A stretch of DNA of 31,851 bases, taken from positions 1-31,851 of IMG/VR virus record IMGVR_UViG_3300018073_000005, one strand, 5' to 3'. Position 1 is the stretch's first letter. The number at the start of each line of letters is the position of its first letter. This document shows positions 8,426 to 16,789 of this stretch, piece by piece. Both the position numbers and the translations under genes were made by a program. The stretch comes from a virus. Below the pieces are notes generated by a model that saw only the letters and a program-made list of their open reading frames with translations, searched no databases and was not told the DNA's origin.

Positions 8426-8761
8426 TTACACCAGCGTCGGGTCGCGCTTACGTTGCAGCAGCGCGGTAATCACCGGCGACAGGTACCCCTGCTCGCCCTG
8501 GTAGCCTTCGGACGCCCGCGCCGCGAGGGTTTCGGGGTCATCGCCGCGCCAGCGGTAGAGCGCCCCGAACTGCAGCAGGATCGCCTGCTGGACAATCCGA
8601 TCGCCGGTGAACAGCGTCGGGTCGGCGACCTTGAGGTAGTCCACGATGATGGCTTCCGCGGCGTCGAGCTTCAGCTGCAGATCGGGATCGCCCGCATCGC
8701 CGGCCGGCGTCGTCAGCCGCAGATGGTCTTTGCCTTCCTGCAAGGTCACCAGAACGCCCAT
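8426..8761 (-). CDS. gp6-like head-tail connector protein (about 111 aa)
   Basis: ATG at 8761 overlaps the upstream TGA by 1 nt. The N-terminal motif TLQEGKDHLRL...D...LKLDAAEAIIVDY is typical of the family. Confidence 0.7.
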   Translation of the reverse strand: MGVLVTLQEGKDHLRLTTPAGDAGDPDLQLKLDAAEAIIVDYLKVADPTLFTGDRIVQQAILLQFGALYRWRGDDPETLAARASEGYQGEQGYLSPVITALLQRKRDPTLV

Positions 8762-9318
8762 CACTTGTAACTCTTGGGATGCATCAGCAGGCGCCAGGGC
8801 GTCGCCCCGTTGCCGGGCCGGATCCCTTTGGTGACCGCTTTCGCCGTCCAGTACCCGCCGTCGTTCACGCAGGCGCCCTTGCCGTACGTCTCGTCGGCCT
8901 TGAACGTGCCGCGGTCATACGGAATCGGCAGGGGAAAGCTCTTGACCTGGTCGCCACGGCGGAAGGCCAGCGCGACCCCCGTGCCGTCGTCGGCGACGTC
9001 GAGGTCGTCAAACCCCAGCCCGTCGATCCCGTCCTTCCCGGGCGGTCCCGGCGGGCCAGGCTGCAAGGTTTTCACTTCCACGGCGGCGATCCGCTCTCGG
9101 ACGGTCCCCACGTCCACCAGGAGCGCCTCCACGCGGCGATCGAGCGCCGGGACGTCCTTGGCCTCGACCTGGGCGACCGTCGCCCTGAGGGCCACCAGGG
9201 CCGTCTCCGTGGCAGCCAGGGCGGCTTTCGTCGCGGCGAGTTCGGCCAGCACTGGCCCCATCGCGCCCTTCACCGTCCGGGCGAGGATCCGACCGACGTC
9301 GCCGGGGTTAGCCGACAC
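8761..9318 (-). CDS. Coiled-coil protein with short collagen-like Gly-X-Y stretch (185 aa)
   Basis: GTG start at 9318 overlaps the portal end. It has an Ala/Leu-rich heptad region, then GPPGPPGKDGIDG, then a C-terminal globular part. Confidence 0.6.
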   Translation of the reverse strand: MSANPGDVGRILARTVKGAMGPVLAELAATKAALAATETALVALRATVAQVEAKDVPALDRRVEALLVDVGTVRERIAAVEVKTLQPGPPGPPGKDGIDGLGFDDLDVADDGTGVALAFRRGDQVKSFPLPIPYDRGTFKADETYGKGACVNDGGYWTAKAVTKGIRPGNGATPWRLLMHPKSYK

Positions 9319-10699
9319 CGAGTTCCTCCTCGAAGGCGACCAGGAACGCCTGCTCGTCCTCGGCCGTCCAGCCCTTCGCCGCGACCTCGGGCGGCACCGC
9401 AGCCGGCCCCGGCGCGGGCTTGGCGAACGGCTGGTCGGCGTCGCGCGCCGCCAGCGCCTCGAGGGAGTAGTACTGCTGCTGCAGGTACGGCGAGTCGCCG
9501 CCCGGCACCGAGCCGACGCCGAAGTACTTCTTGCGGGCCTCGTTCGGCGCCAGCGCGCCCGACCCGATCGACTCGTTGGCGGCCTTCGTCCGGCTCATGG
9601 CGTCCATGTAGAACAGGTCTTCGACGTAGAACTCGGTCCCGTAGGCGTTGCCGAACTCCGGCCCGAGGCTGAGGCCGTGATCGAGCAGGGTCTCGATGCT
9701 GACGATCAGGGCCTGCAAACACTGACTGTGAAACTGGAGCGTCAACTGCTCGACGTTCCCGTACGCGGGCGTCTTGGTCGAATCGATCATGAACACCGGC
9801 ATCCGGAAACAGCCGCAGATCGGGACGGCCGTCCAGCCCAGTTGTTCGATCAGCTGCGCATCCTGGGCGTTCATCGCCAGGCCTTCGTACTTCAACCCGT
9901 CCGAGACGACGAGCAGCTTGCCGGCGTTCGGGCCGCTGTATTCGCGCGTGAACGTCTCCTTGAGCCGCGCCGCCTGCTCCTCGGTGATCGCGCCGGGCGC
10001 GATGAGAATGCCGCCGGGCCGGGACCCGTTGGCGAAGAAGTTGGCGGCGCCCTCGAGGATCTTGCTGCCCTGCAGGACCGCCATGGCGCAGGCGTAGATC
10101 GGCGTCACGCCGACCAGGGGATGAAACAGCGGCACCATCACGTCATGGATGATTTCGCTGGCCGGCACCACGGGCGTCGCCGCGACCTCCTCGGCCGTGA
10201 GCCCCGCCAGGTCATCCCGCCCGAGCTGGTAGTAGACAGCACCGTCCGGGGCCACGAGCGGCGTCACCTGGGTCGGATTGAGCACGTGCAGCGAGACGAC
10301 GACCCGGCGGTCATCGCGCACCTTGAGCACGTACGTATTGCCGTGCAGCAGTTTGCTCACGATCCACTGCTCGATAAACTGGCCCTGCGTCTGGTAGCGG
10401 TTCGGCTTGCGCAGCACCGGGGAGTAGGCAGAATTCGTCGTCTCGGACCAGATGCCCTCGGCGTCTTGCGCCACCAGGCACAGCGGGAGTTTGGCGATGT
10501 TGCTGGCGATCTGCGTGACGCACGCGAACACGGCCCAGTACGAGAGGGCCGTGTCCGTCGTGATCTCCTCGTTCTTCTGCCAGGCGCCCGTATACGGCTC
10601 GCGCACGACCGGCACCCAGCCGCCGGAGCCCCGCACGGGGACGGCCGAGGGCGCGGTCGGGCGCGCGAACAGCGAACGGATGGTCGCCAGCACGCCCAT
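9308..10699 (-). CDS. Portal protein, HK97 family (463 aa)
   Basis: ATG at 10699 (MGVLATIRSLF...). The 50-aa Arg-rich extension to 10849 overlaps the capsid gene and was trimmed. The sequence looks portal-like throughout (WQKNEE...YWAVFACV...PVLRKPN...GNTYV). Confidence 0.9.
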   Translation of the reverse strand: MGVLATIRSLFARPTAPSAVPVRGSGGWVPVVREPYTGAWQKNEEITTDTALSYWAVFACVTQIASNIAKLPLCLVAQDAEGIWSETTNSAYSPVLRKPNRYQTQGQFIEQWIVSKLLHGNTYVLKVRDDRRVVVSLHVLNPTQVTPLVAPDGAVYYQLGRDDLAGLTAEEVAATPVVPASEIIHDVMVPLFHPLVGVTPIYACAMAVLQGSKILEGAANFFANGSRPGGILIAPGAITEEQAARLKETFTREYSGPNAGKLLVVSDGLKYEGLAMNAQDAQLIEQLGWTAVPICGCFRMPVFMIDSTKTPAYGNVEQLTLQFHSQCLQALIVSIETLLDHGLSLGPEFGNAYGTEFYVEDLFYMDAMSRTKAANESIGSGALAPNEARKKYFGVGSVPGGDSPYLQQQYYSLEALAARDADQPFAKPAPGPAAVPPEVAAKGWTAEDEQAFLVAFEEELGVG

Positions 10700-10704
10700 C
10701 GGCG

Positions 10705-12591
10705 TTACTTGCCGTCGCGACGCGCGGGCGCCTCGAGCGCGGACGGCGCGGGATAGTTCACCGCCGTCAGGTAGTACACCGCGTTGGTGTTGATGCGCTT
10801 CCAGTTGATGAACCGCTCGGCGCGGAGGCCGACCAGGTTGTGCTGCCACAACGAGATCGTCACCGTGGTGGCATCGGCCGGGCTGGCCGGCGCCGAGTCC
10901 ATCTGCAACGAGGCCTCGCGCGACACGTCGATCGTCACGCCACCCTCGTCGGCCATCAGCACATACGAGGGCTGCACGCCGATCACATTCGTGCCGGCTG
11001 CCTGCGAGGTGACCACGTTGATCCCCTCGATGGTCCCGCCCGCCGCCGTCATCTCGGGGAAGAGGCGATCACCGCCCGCGTTCCGCCGGAACGCCAGGGC
11101 GAGGCCGTTGCCTTCGGACATGATCAGCGCGGCGCCGTTGATCGGGATGTTGTTCGTCGCGAACACCCGCAGGATCGTGAGGACGTCCGCGAGGGGGTCG
11201 GCGGTGCCCGCCGCCGTGCCGGCGCCATTCGTGATCGATGCTGGGTTCACGCCCGTGACCGCCGCGACCGCGGGGTCAATCAGCTGCGCATCGAGAAACT
11301 GCGCGATGCCCGCGACCATGTCGGCGCGCACCAGCGCCTCGGCCGAGGGATTCGACAAACGAACCAGCTCCTCGGTGAGGACCACGATCCCGGCGACCTT
11401 GGTGATGGCGAGCGTCTCGGCCGAGAACGCCAGCTTGGTCAACGGTTTCGGTTTCGCCTCGCCGACCCACCCGTAGGTCCCGCCGGCCGTCTGACTGGGC
11501 ACTTTGCACATGAACGGCACGTTCCGCCAGTTGGGGATCTTCCCCATGATCGTGGCGGGCCTCAACAACTCGATGAAGTCGTTCACGATCGTCTGATTGA
11601 CGAGCGGGGCGGCCCACGTGGTGTCGGTGGTGTTGCCCGCGGCCACGGCGGCCTTGAGGTAGAGACTCACCTCGGGTGTCGAGTCGGCCCACCGACGCGC
11701 ATACTCGGCCGCTTCGTATGTGTTGCCCTTGCAGACGAGCATCGCGCACGCGGCGCGCACAAACGCGGTGCCCTTGGGCACGTTCGCCTGGACGGTGATC
11801 AGCGGCGTGGCCTTCGTCACCGTGGGCGGCGTCACGGCGACGGCTTTGGTGATGTTGAGCCGGTCCATCTCGCGCGCGTCGACCAGTTCCGCGTCGATCG
11901 TCTTGACGTCGGTCGACAGGGTCGTGAATTCTGCGCGCTCGGCGTCGTCCTTCGACCGACCATCTTCCGCGCACTTGGTTTGGATCGCGTTCAGCCGCGC
12001 GACGTGGGCCGCGCGCTTGTTCTCGAGCGCCGTAATTTGTTCGGTAGTCGTCATGGGGAGCGTGCCCTTTGTCACGCGCACAATCGGGTGAAGGTCCCCA
12101 GCGCGGGACGGGTCAGGGCCTGACGCGGCCAGGTCGAGCGACTTGATGCTGTGAATCGTCGCAGCGGCATTCGCCGGAATCGCGACGAGGCTCAATTCGA
12201 GGATTTCGGTTTTCAGGAAGCGCAGGCCGCCGGTCGCCAGGGCGCTGTGCTCAAGCGCGCGAAAGCCCACCGAGACGCCCGCCAGCAGGCCCGCCTTGAT
12301 GCTCTGCCACGCCTCGTCGATGCGTTCGCGCAGGGCGCCGGGTTCGGCGACCGTGGGCAACGTGGCCTCAAAGGCCAGCCCCTCCGCGGTCGGTGTCGCG
12401 AACGTGACCGTCCCGACCGGCTTCTTGGTGTCGTGGTACAGCAGCAGCGGCAGCGGATTCTTATAGGTAATCCCGAGGGGCTCGACGACGTCGCCCATGC
12501 GGTCGGGCTCGGGCGTCGACGCGATCCCGGTGATCGTGCGACGCTCGGCGTCCAGGGCCTTGACGGTCAGGAGGGCGTAGGCGCGATTCAT
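10705..12591 (-). CDS. Fused prohead protease (S78/U35-type) - scaffold-like delta region - HK97-fold major capsid protein (628 aa)
   Basis: ATG at 12591 (MNRAYALLTVKA...). The N-terminal part has protease motifs (PLLLYHD..PVG, LAGVSVGF). The middle is a coiled-coil (TTEQITALENKRAAH...). The C-terminal part is HK97-type capsid sequence. Confidence 0.88.
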   Translation of the reverse strand: MNRAYALLTVKALDAERRTITGIASTPEPDRMGDVVEPLGITYKNPLPLLLYHDTKKPVGTVTFATPTAEGLAFEATLPTVAEPGALRERIDEAWQSIKAGLLAGVSVGFRALEHSALATGGLRFLKTEILELSLVAIPANAAATIHSIKSLDLAASGPDPSRAGDLHPIVRVTKGTLPMTTTEQITALENKRAAHVARLNAIQTKCAEDGRSKDDAERAEFTTLSTDVKTIDAELVDAREMDRLNITKAVAVTPPTVTKATPLITVQANVPKGTAFVRAACAMLVCKGNTYEAAEYARRWADSTPEVSLYLKAAVAAGNTTDTTWAAPLVNQTIVNDFIELLRPATIMGKIPNWRNVPFMCKVPSQTAGGTYGWVGEAKPKPLTKLAFSAETLAITKVAGIVVLTEELVRLSNPSAEALVRADMVAGIAQFLDAQLIDPAVAAVTGVNPASITNGAGTAAGTADPLADVLTILRVFATNNIPINGAALIMSEGNGLALAFRRNAGGDRLFPEMTAAGGTIEGINVVTSQAAGTNVIGVQPSYVLMADEGGVTIDVSREASLQMDSAPASPADATTVTISLWQHNLVGLRAERFINWKRINTNAVYYLTAVNYPAPSALEAPARRDGK

Positions 12592-12607
12592 TCGGGCGTG
12601 CGCCCGA
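12592..12607. promoter_or_regulatory. 16-bp palindrome TCGGGCG-TG-CGCCCGA abutting the capsid ATG
   Basis: The arms are perfect 7-bp inverted repeats at 12592-12598 and 12601-12607. It lies in the 29-nt gap between the RHH gene stop and the capsid start. Confidence 0.4.
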
Positions 12608-12620
12608 GTGTGCGCGCGGG

Positions 12621-12836
12621 CTAGCGTTTGGTTCGCCCGAAAGGCCGACGTTCGCCGTAATCGTTGCAGAAGGCGTTGACCGCTTCGCGGATGATGCCGG
12701 ACATGCCGGTGCGATTGTCGCTCGCCACGCGCCTGAGTTCGAGGCGTTGCGCCGGCGTGACCTTGACATAGATCCGCTGTGAGGCCGGCTCCTCGTAGAG
12801 CGGCGGGCGGCCGGTCGGCCGTTTCGGCGTGCTCAT
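12621..12836 (-). CDS. Ribbon-helix-helix (CopG/Arc-like) DNA-binding protein (71 aa)
   Basis: The motif QRIYVKVTPAQRLELRRVASDNRTGMSGIIREAVNAF fits a beta-strand plus two helices as in RHH proteins. ATGA overlap with the upstream gene. Confidence 0.7.
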   Translation of the reverse strand: MSTPKRPTGRPPLYEEPASQRIYVKVTPAQRLELRRVASDNRTGMSGIIREAVNAFCNDYGERRPFGRTKR

Positions 12837-13231
12837 GGCGGTGCCACGACACGCATGCCGGTCCCGCGTTGCTTGAACCGATCCGAACAGCCCACGAACG
12901 CGGCAATCTCGTTGATGGTCGTTACGCCACAGTTCCTCTGCGCACCAATGGTCAAGAGGTCGACCGTCTGAATCCGCGCGACGAGTTCGTCGCGGGTGAT
13001 GCGATCGAACTCATCCTGTCGACGCAGCACACCCAGATTCACCAAGATGTTCCACGCACGGACGGACAGCCCGAACGCCCGGAACTGCTGGCGCCGGTGA
13101 GTCTTCTTGAGAAGCTGATAAATGCGCTTCCGACTCAGTCCATAGCGCAGCGCCAGGGATCCCACGCCTTCGCCAGCGGCGTGACTGGTATATATCTCGT
13201 CGTTGCGCGCGTCCGTGGCGCCGTTCGTCAT
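12833..13231 (-). CDS. DNA-binding protein with an N-terminal HTH and an RNA-polymerase-alpha-CTD-like helix-hairpin-helix region (132 aa); possible small-terminase surrogate
   Basis: The HTH is GSLALRYGLSRKRIYQLLKK. GLSVRAWNILVNLGV....NCGVTTINEIAAFV resembles alpha-CTD. ATG at 13231 is 4 nt after the TerL stop. Confidence 0.5.
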   Translation of the reverse strand: MTNGATDARNDEIYTSHAAGEGVGSLALRYGLSRKRIYQLLKKTHRRQQFRAFGLSVRAWNILVNLGVLRRQDEFDRITRDELVARIQTVDLLTIGAQRNCGVTTINEIAAFVGCSDRFKQRGTGMRVVAPP

Positions 13232-13235
13232 GCCT

Positions 13236-15047
13236 TCACCCGAGCACCAGCATCTGATACACCGGCGGCGCCGCCGCGACGGCCGTGGATTGCCGGAGCA
13301 CGCCGCTGATCGCCAGCAGCAGCGCGTCGATCGCGTCGATCTTGTTCGCCGACTCGGGCGATTCCTTCTTCGGCAGGATCGAATCGTCGATCCGCCGGCT
13401 GACCACCACGTTGCTGGCCTGCCACTTGAGGCAGGCGTTGCCGTCGTGTTTAAACCGCCGATGCTTCACGCGGGCCTCGAGTTCCCGGGCGGGCGGCGTG
13501 AAGGATCGCGCGTTCTTTGGCTCCTGCCGGGCTGGCAGGCCGGCATTGAACAGGCTCCCCACCAGCTGCATCGAGCCGAACTGGTCGAACACGATGTCGC
13601 GCACGTCGAACATTGAACACCAGGCGCGCACGTCGGCTTCGATCTTCCCGTAGTCGATCATCGTGCCCTCAGTCAGCGTCAGCAGCCCGGCCTCGGCCCA
13701 GAGGCGATACTCGGGTACGGCGCGGGCGCGCTCGTGCACGACCTGCTCGGGCAGATAGCACCGCACGAACCCGACGAGTTGCTCGCCGTCGCGAAACACG
13801 AGCGCCACGGCCGCCAGGTCGTCGACCTGCGCGAGGTCGCCGCCAATCCAGCAAGGCCGGCCCGCGAACGCCTCAAGCGTCAGCTCCGGATCCGCGCACG
13901 CATCCCACGCCGCCATCGACAACCAGGAGGCGTGACTGTGCAGCCACCGGTTGCAGATCTTCGTTTGAAACTCGCCCTCGAGGCCGGGCGCCTGCTGGGC
14001 GTCGCGGCAGTACTGCTCGACCCATTCCCGCTTCGGCGTGATCCCGATCATCGGGTTCGCCTTCTGCCACACGCGCGGGTCGCGCCAATCGTCTTCGTCA
14101 TCAAGCGTAAAAATGAGGCCGCAGAGGTGATCCGCCTCGAACACGCCCTCGAGGACCTTCGTCAATTGCGTCCGCAGGGCATACCCGACCGACAGCATGT
14201 CGTAGCCGGCGGTCGTCGGGCAGAGCAGCAGGGGATTGCGGCGGGCGCCCTGGGCGCTCTTGAGCACGTCGTGCAGTTCAAACGTCTGCGCGTGCGATTC
14301 GTCGAGGATGATGCAGCTCGGGTTCAAACCGTCGAGCGTCGACGCCTTCGCGTTGACCGGCTGAATCGTCCCCGTCGCATCGGTGACGGCGTTCGCGTAG
14401 ACCTTGAGGCCGTGCGTCTCCTGCAGCCACCGCGAGCGGCGCACCATCCGCTGCAGGATCCGAAAGACGATCCGCGCCTGCTGCCCGGTGGTCGCGCCGC
14501 AGACAATCCACGCGCCGGCCTCCATCTCGTGCCGCATGTGGTAGAGCGCGATCGTCGCCATCAGCGTCGACTTCGCCGCCTTGCGCCCGACCTCGAGGTA
14601 ACACACCGTGGCACGCCGCAGGGTGGGATCGCGCCGCTGGCGCCAGCCGAACAGCGTCGTGACGAGGAAGATCTGCCAGGGCTCGAGGTGAATCAGCGCC
14701 GTCGGCCAGCTGCCCTCGACGTGCGGACACTGCTCGATGAACCGGCAGGCCTTGCGCGCGTGCGCGTCGCTCCAGACGTACGGCCAGGCCGGATCGGTCG
14801 TTGCCCGCGCCACGTCGCGCTGCTGCCGCGCGCAGCTGCGTTGCAACCACTTGCCCGCGACGACGCGGCCGCCCAGGACATCCGCCACGTACCGCCGTGC
14901 GATGCCGACGTAATCCCGCGCCGACCCCTTGGCCTTCGGTACGGGATCCCTCTTCGAACCGGTCTTGACCTGGCGCTTACGTTCGCGCCCCACCACGAGC
15001 GTGCCGCGGCGCTCTTTCTCGGTGAGAGGCAGATGTGGATTCGGCAT
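13236..15047 (-). CDS. terL: Terminase large subunit (603 aa)
   Basis: ATG at 15047. Size and sequence are typical of Terminase_1/HK97-like TerL (an ATPase region, then IILDESHA, then a nuclease C-terminal half). Confidence 0.92.
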   Translation of the reverse strand: MPNPHLPLTEKERRGTLVVGRERKRQVKTGSKRDPVPKAKGSARDYVGIARRYVADVLGGRVVAGKWLQRSCARQQRDVARATTDPAWPYVWSDAHARKACRFIEQCPHVEGSWPTALIHLEPWQIFLVTTLFGWRQRRDPTLRRATVCYLEVGRKAAKSTLMATIALYHMRHEMEAGAWIVCGATTGQQARIVFRILQRMVRRSRWLQETHGLKVYANAVTDATGTIQPVNAKASTLDGLNPSCIILDESHAQTFELHDVLKSAQGARRNPLLLCPTTAGYDMLSVGYALRTQLTKVLEGVFEADHLCGLIFTLDDEDDWRDPRVWQKANPMIGITPKREWVEQYCRDAQQAPGLEGEFQTKICNRWLHSHASWLSMAAWDACADPELTLEAFAGRPCWIGGDLAQVDDLAAVALVFRDGEQLVGFVRCYLPEQVVHERARAVPEYRLWAEAGLLTLTEGTMIDYGKIEADVRAWCSMFDVRDIVFDQFGSMQLVGSLFNAGLPARQEPKNARSFTPPARELEARVKHRRFKHDGNACLKWQASNVVVSRRIDDSILPKKESPESANKIDAIDALLLAISGVLRQSTAVAAAPPVYQMLVLG

Positions 15048-15090
15048 CAGGATGGATTACGAATTGCACGACTGACGAAGTGTCACTGCG

Positions 15091-15120
15091 AAAAAAAGCC
15101 AGGCCGCAGCGGTTTGGGTA
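15091..15120 (-). terminator. Weak hairpin followed by a T7 run (minus strand) between HNH and TerL
   Basis: The minus strand reads CCAAACCGCTGCGGCCTGG CTTTTTTT. The stem is imperfect. Confidence 0.25.
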
Positions 15121-15159
15121 GCAAGTCCTTGCGCAACATGGAGATACCCCCCCTAGGCA

Positions 15160-15570
15160 TCATTGCCCCATCGCCGTCTTCCGCGCATGACAGGCGGCGC
15201 AGAGGGTTTGCCAGTTGTCCGCATCATCGAACAACACCCGATCGCCGCGATGCGGCACGACGTGATCGACGTGCGCGCCGGCGGTCGTCCGTCCTTCATC
15301 CGCGCAGAGACTGAGCACCGGAGGGCGGCCACCCGCGCGCATGCCGCAGAGCGGGTACTGCCGCAGGAACTGGGCACGCCGCCGATGCCAGCGCCACGTA
15401 TACCCGCGCGCGTTGCTGTTCGCGCGTCGGTCGTCGAACGCCTGCTGTGCACGGAGCACGATCGGCCGCGCATGCTGGGCACAGTGGCCACGCCGCACCC
15501 GAGCGGCACAGCCGGGCGTGGCGCAGGCGCGCTGCGGGGCTAGTGGCACGGTCCTACCTCGACCGCCCAC
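15160..15570 (-). CDS. Packaging-associated HNH endonuclease (up to 136 aa; start uncertain)
   Basis: The HNH core is HVDHVVPHRGD...NWQTLCAACHARKT, with an upstream Cys pair (CATPGC). The listed start at 15570 is GTG. The gene sits directly upstream of TerL, as in HK97-like cos phages. Confidence 0.85.
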   Translation of the reverse strand: MGGRGRTVPLAPQRACATPGCAARVRRGHCAQHARPIVLRAQQAFDDRRANSNARGYTWRWHRRRAQFLRQYPLCGMRAGGRPPVLSLCADEGRTTAGAHVDHVVPHRGDRVLFDDADNWQTLCAACHARKTAMGQ

Positions 15571-15577
15571 GGCGTCA

Positions 15578-15583
15578 TATAAT
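15578..15583 (+). promoter_or_regulatory. TATAAT hexamer 7 nt upstream of the ATG at 15591 (possible leaderless promoter)
   Basis: An exact TATAAT in a GC-rich context. I found no convincing -35 element. Confidence 0.3.
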
Positions 15584-15590
15584 CGCCCGC

Positions 15591-15857
15591 ATGGCTGACT
15601 CGTTCCGCCCCGTGTTCGAGACTATGAAGCAGGTCGCGGATGGCCTCATCCGGGCCAATGAAGGCCTCATCCAAGCCAGCGAAGGTCTCAAGAAGATGGC
15701 CGATGCCGTCCTCGAGGCCCACGACGAACACGAGGACCGGAACGAAACCATTGCCCGCCTCGAGAGTCTCGTCGTCACCCAAGGTGAGGACCTCCAGACG
15801 CTGCGCGCCGACGTCAAGGCGTTGCGCAAGCACCTCGGCGGCGACGCCCCAGCCTGA
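15591..15857 (+). CDS. Small coiled-coil protein (88 aa), hypothetical, opposite strand to its neighbours
   Basis: MADSFRPVFETMKQVADGLIRANEGLIQASEGLKK... looks like a natural helical protein. The overlapping minus-strand ORFs translate to low-complexity junk. Confidence 0.55.
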   Translation: MADSFRPVFETMKQVADGLIRANEGLIQASEGLKKMADAVLEAHDEHEDRNETIARLESLVVTQGEDLQTLRADVKALRKHLGGDAPA

Positions 15858-15861
15858 CCGC

Positions 15862-16785
15862 TCAGCCACTGACCACGATCCAGGCGGTCCCGTTCCAGCG
15901 GGCCAGCACGTTGAACGTCCCGCCGCCGACAATGACTGACCCAGCCGTGTTGACGGTGCTGTCGTCGATGGTGACCAACCGACCGAGCACCCGGTGCCCG
16001 GTATGGGCGGCCACGGGGGCGGCCACTGGGTGGAGGTAGCCGCCCTGCAGACCGCCACCCGTCGCGTCGAAGCTGGCCCCGGGGCTGAGGCTGATGCCGC
16101 CGTTGAACGCGCTGATATAGACCTTTCGGCCCAGCGAGGCTCCCGCGTCGTTCTGGCAGTCGATGACGAAGTCGGTGCCGGTGCTGCTGATCTGCCAGCG
16201 CCGTTGACCGGCCGGCCCCGTGGGATTGATCAACAACACATGCGGCAGGAACACGGGATCGGCGCCGTCGCCTTGCGAACTGAGGACCTGCCCGAGCGGG
16301 GCGGTCGGTAACGCCGCGCCGCCCTCGCCGGCCACCAGCAGCACGGCGACGTTCTGGTTATGCGAGAAGCCGCCGGCCATCGTCGACGACACGAACGAGA
16401 CCGGCACCGCAAACCAATCAGGCCCGTTGACCGCGGGTCCGGTGATCTCCCACACCTGGTAGTTCACCGCCAGGTCTTTGTCTTGAATCACGAGGCGACT
16501 GGCGACCGTCACTAGTTCGAAATACAAGTGGGCATCGAAACCATCGGCGGTCAGCCAGTCGATGTAGAAGGCGGTCGCATCCGCTTGCACGGCCGCGTTG
16601 TAACGCAACTTGCCCGCGCCTGGATCAGCGGCGGTGATCGAATTCGCATCGACGCGGTAGAAGAACACCGAGGACGAGGGGCCGGGCGGGCCAGGCGGCC
16701 CCGTGTCGCCCTTGACACCCGTGACCACTTCGATCACGGACGTCGGCGGGACGATGATGTCGATGACGGCGATGTCTTCGGCCAT
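15862..16785 (-). CDS. Tail fibre-like protein with a collagen-type GDTGPPGPPGP motif (307 aa)
   Basis: The N-terminal Gly-X-Y stretch is followed by a beta-rich Gly/Ala/Val C-terminal region. It lies downstream of the BppU-like gene. Confidence 0.65.
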   Translation of the reverse strand: MAEDIAVIDIIVPPTSVIEVVTGVKGDTGPPGPPGPSSSVFFYRVDANSITAADPGAGKLRYNAAVQADATAFYIDWLTADGFDAHLYFELVTVASRLVIQDKDLAVNYQVWEITGPAVNGPDWFAVPVSFVSSTMAGGFSHNQNVAVLLVAGEGGAALPTAPLGQVLSSQGDGADPVFLPHVLLINPTGPAGQRRWQISSTGTDFVIDCQNDAGASLGRKVYISAFNGGISLSPGASFDATGGGLQGGYLHPVAAPVAAHTGHRVLGRLVTIDDSTVNTAGSVIVGGGTFNVLARWNGTAWIVVSG

Positions 16786-16789
16786 AGGC

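Noticed and set aside
10700-10849. N-terminal extensions of listed ORFs: portal to 10849, capsid to 12906, RusA to 18389, 419-ORF to 1099, 23275-ORF to 24414, 20002-ORF to 20712, 27153-ORF to 27605.
   Set aside because: The extensions are Arg-rich, overlap the preceding gene extensively, and have internal starts that give ATGA/GTGA coupling or a Shine-Dalgarno sequence. I used the internal starts.
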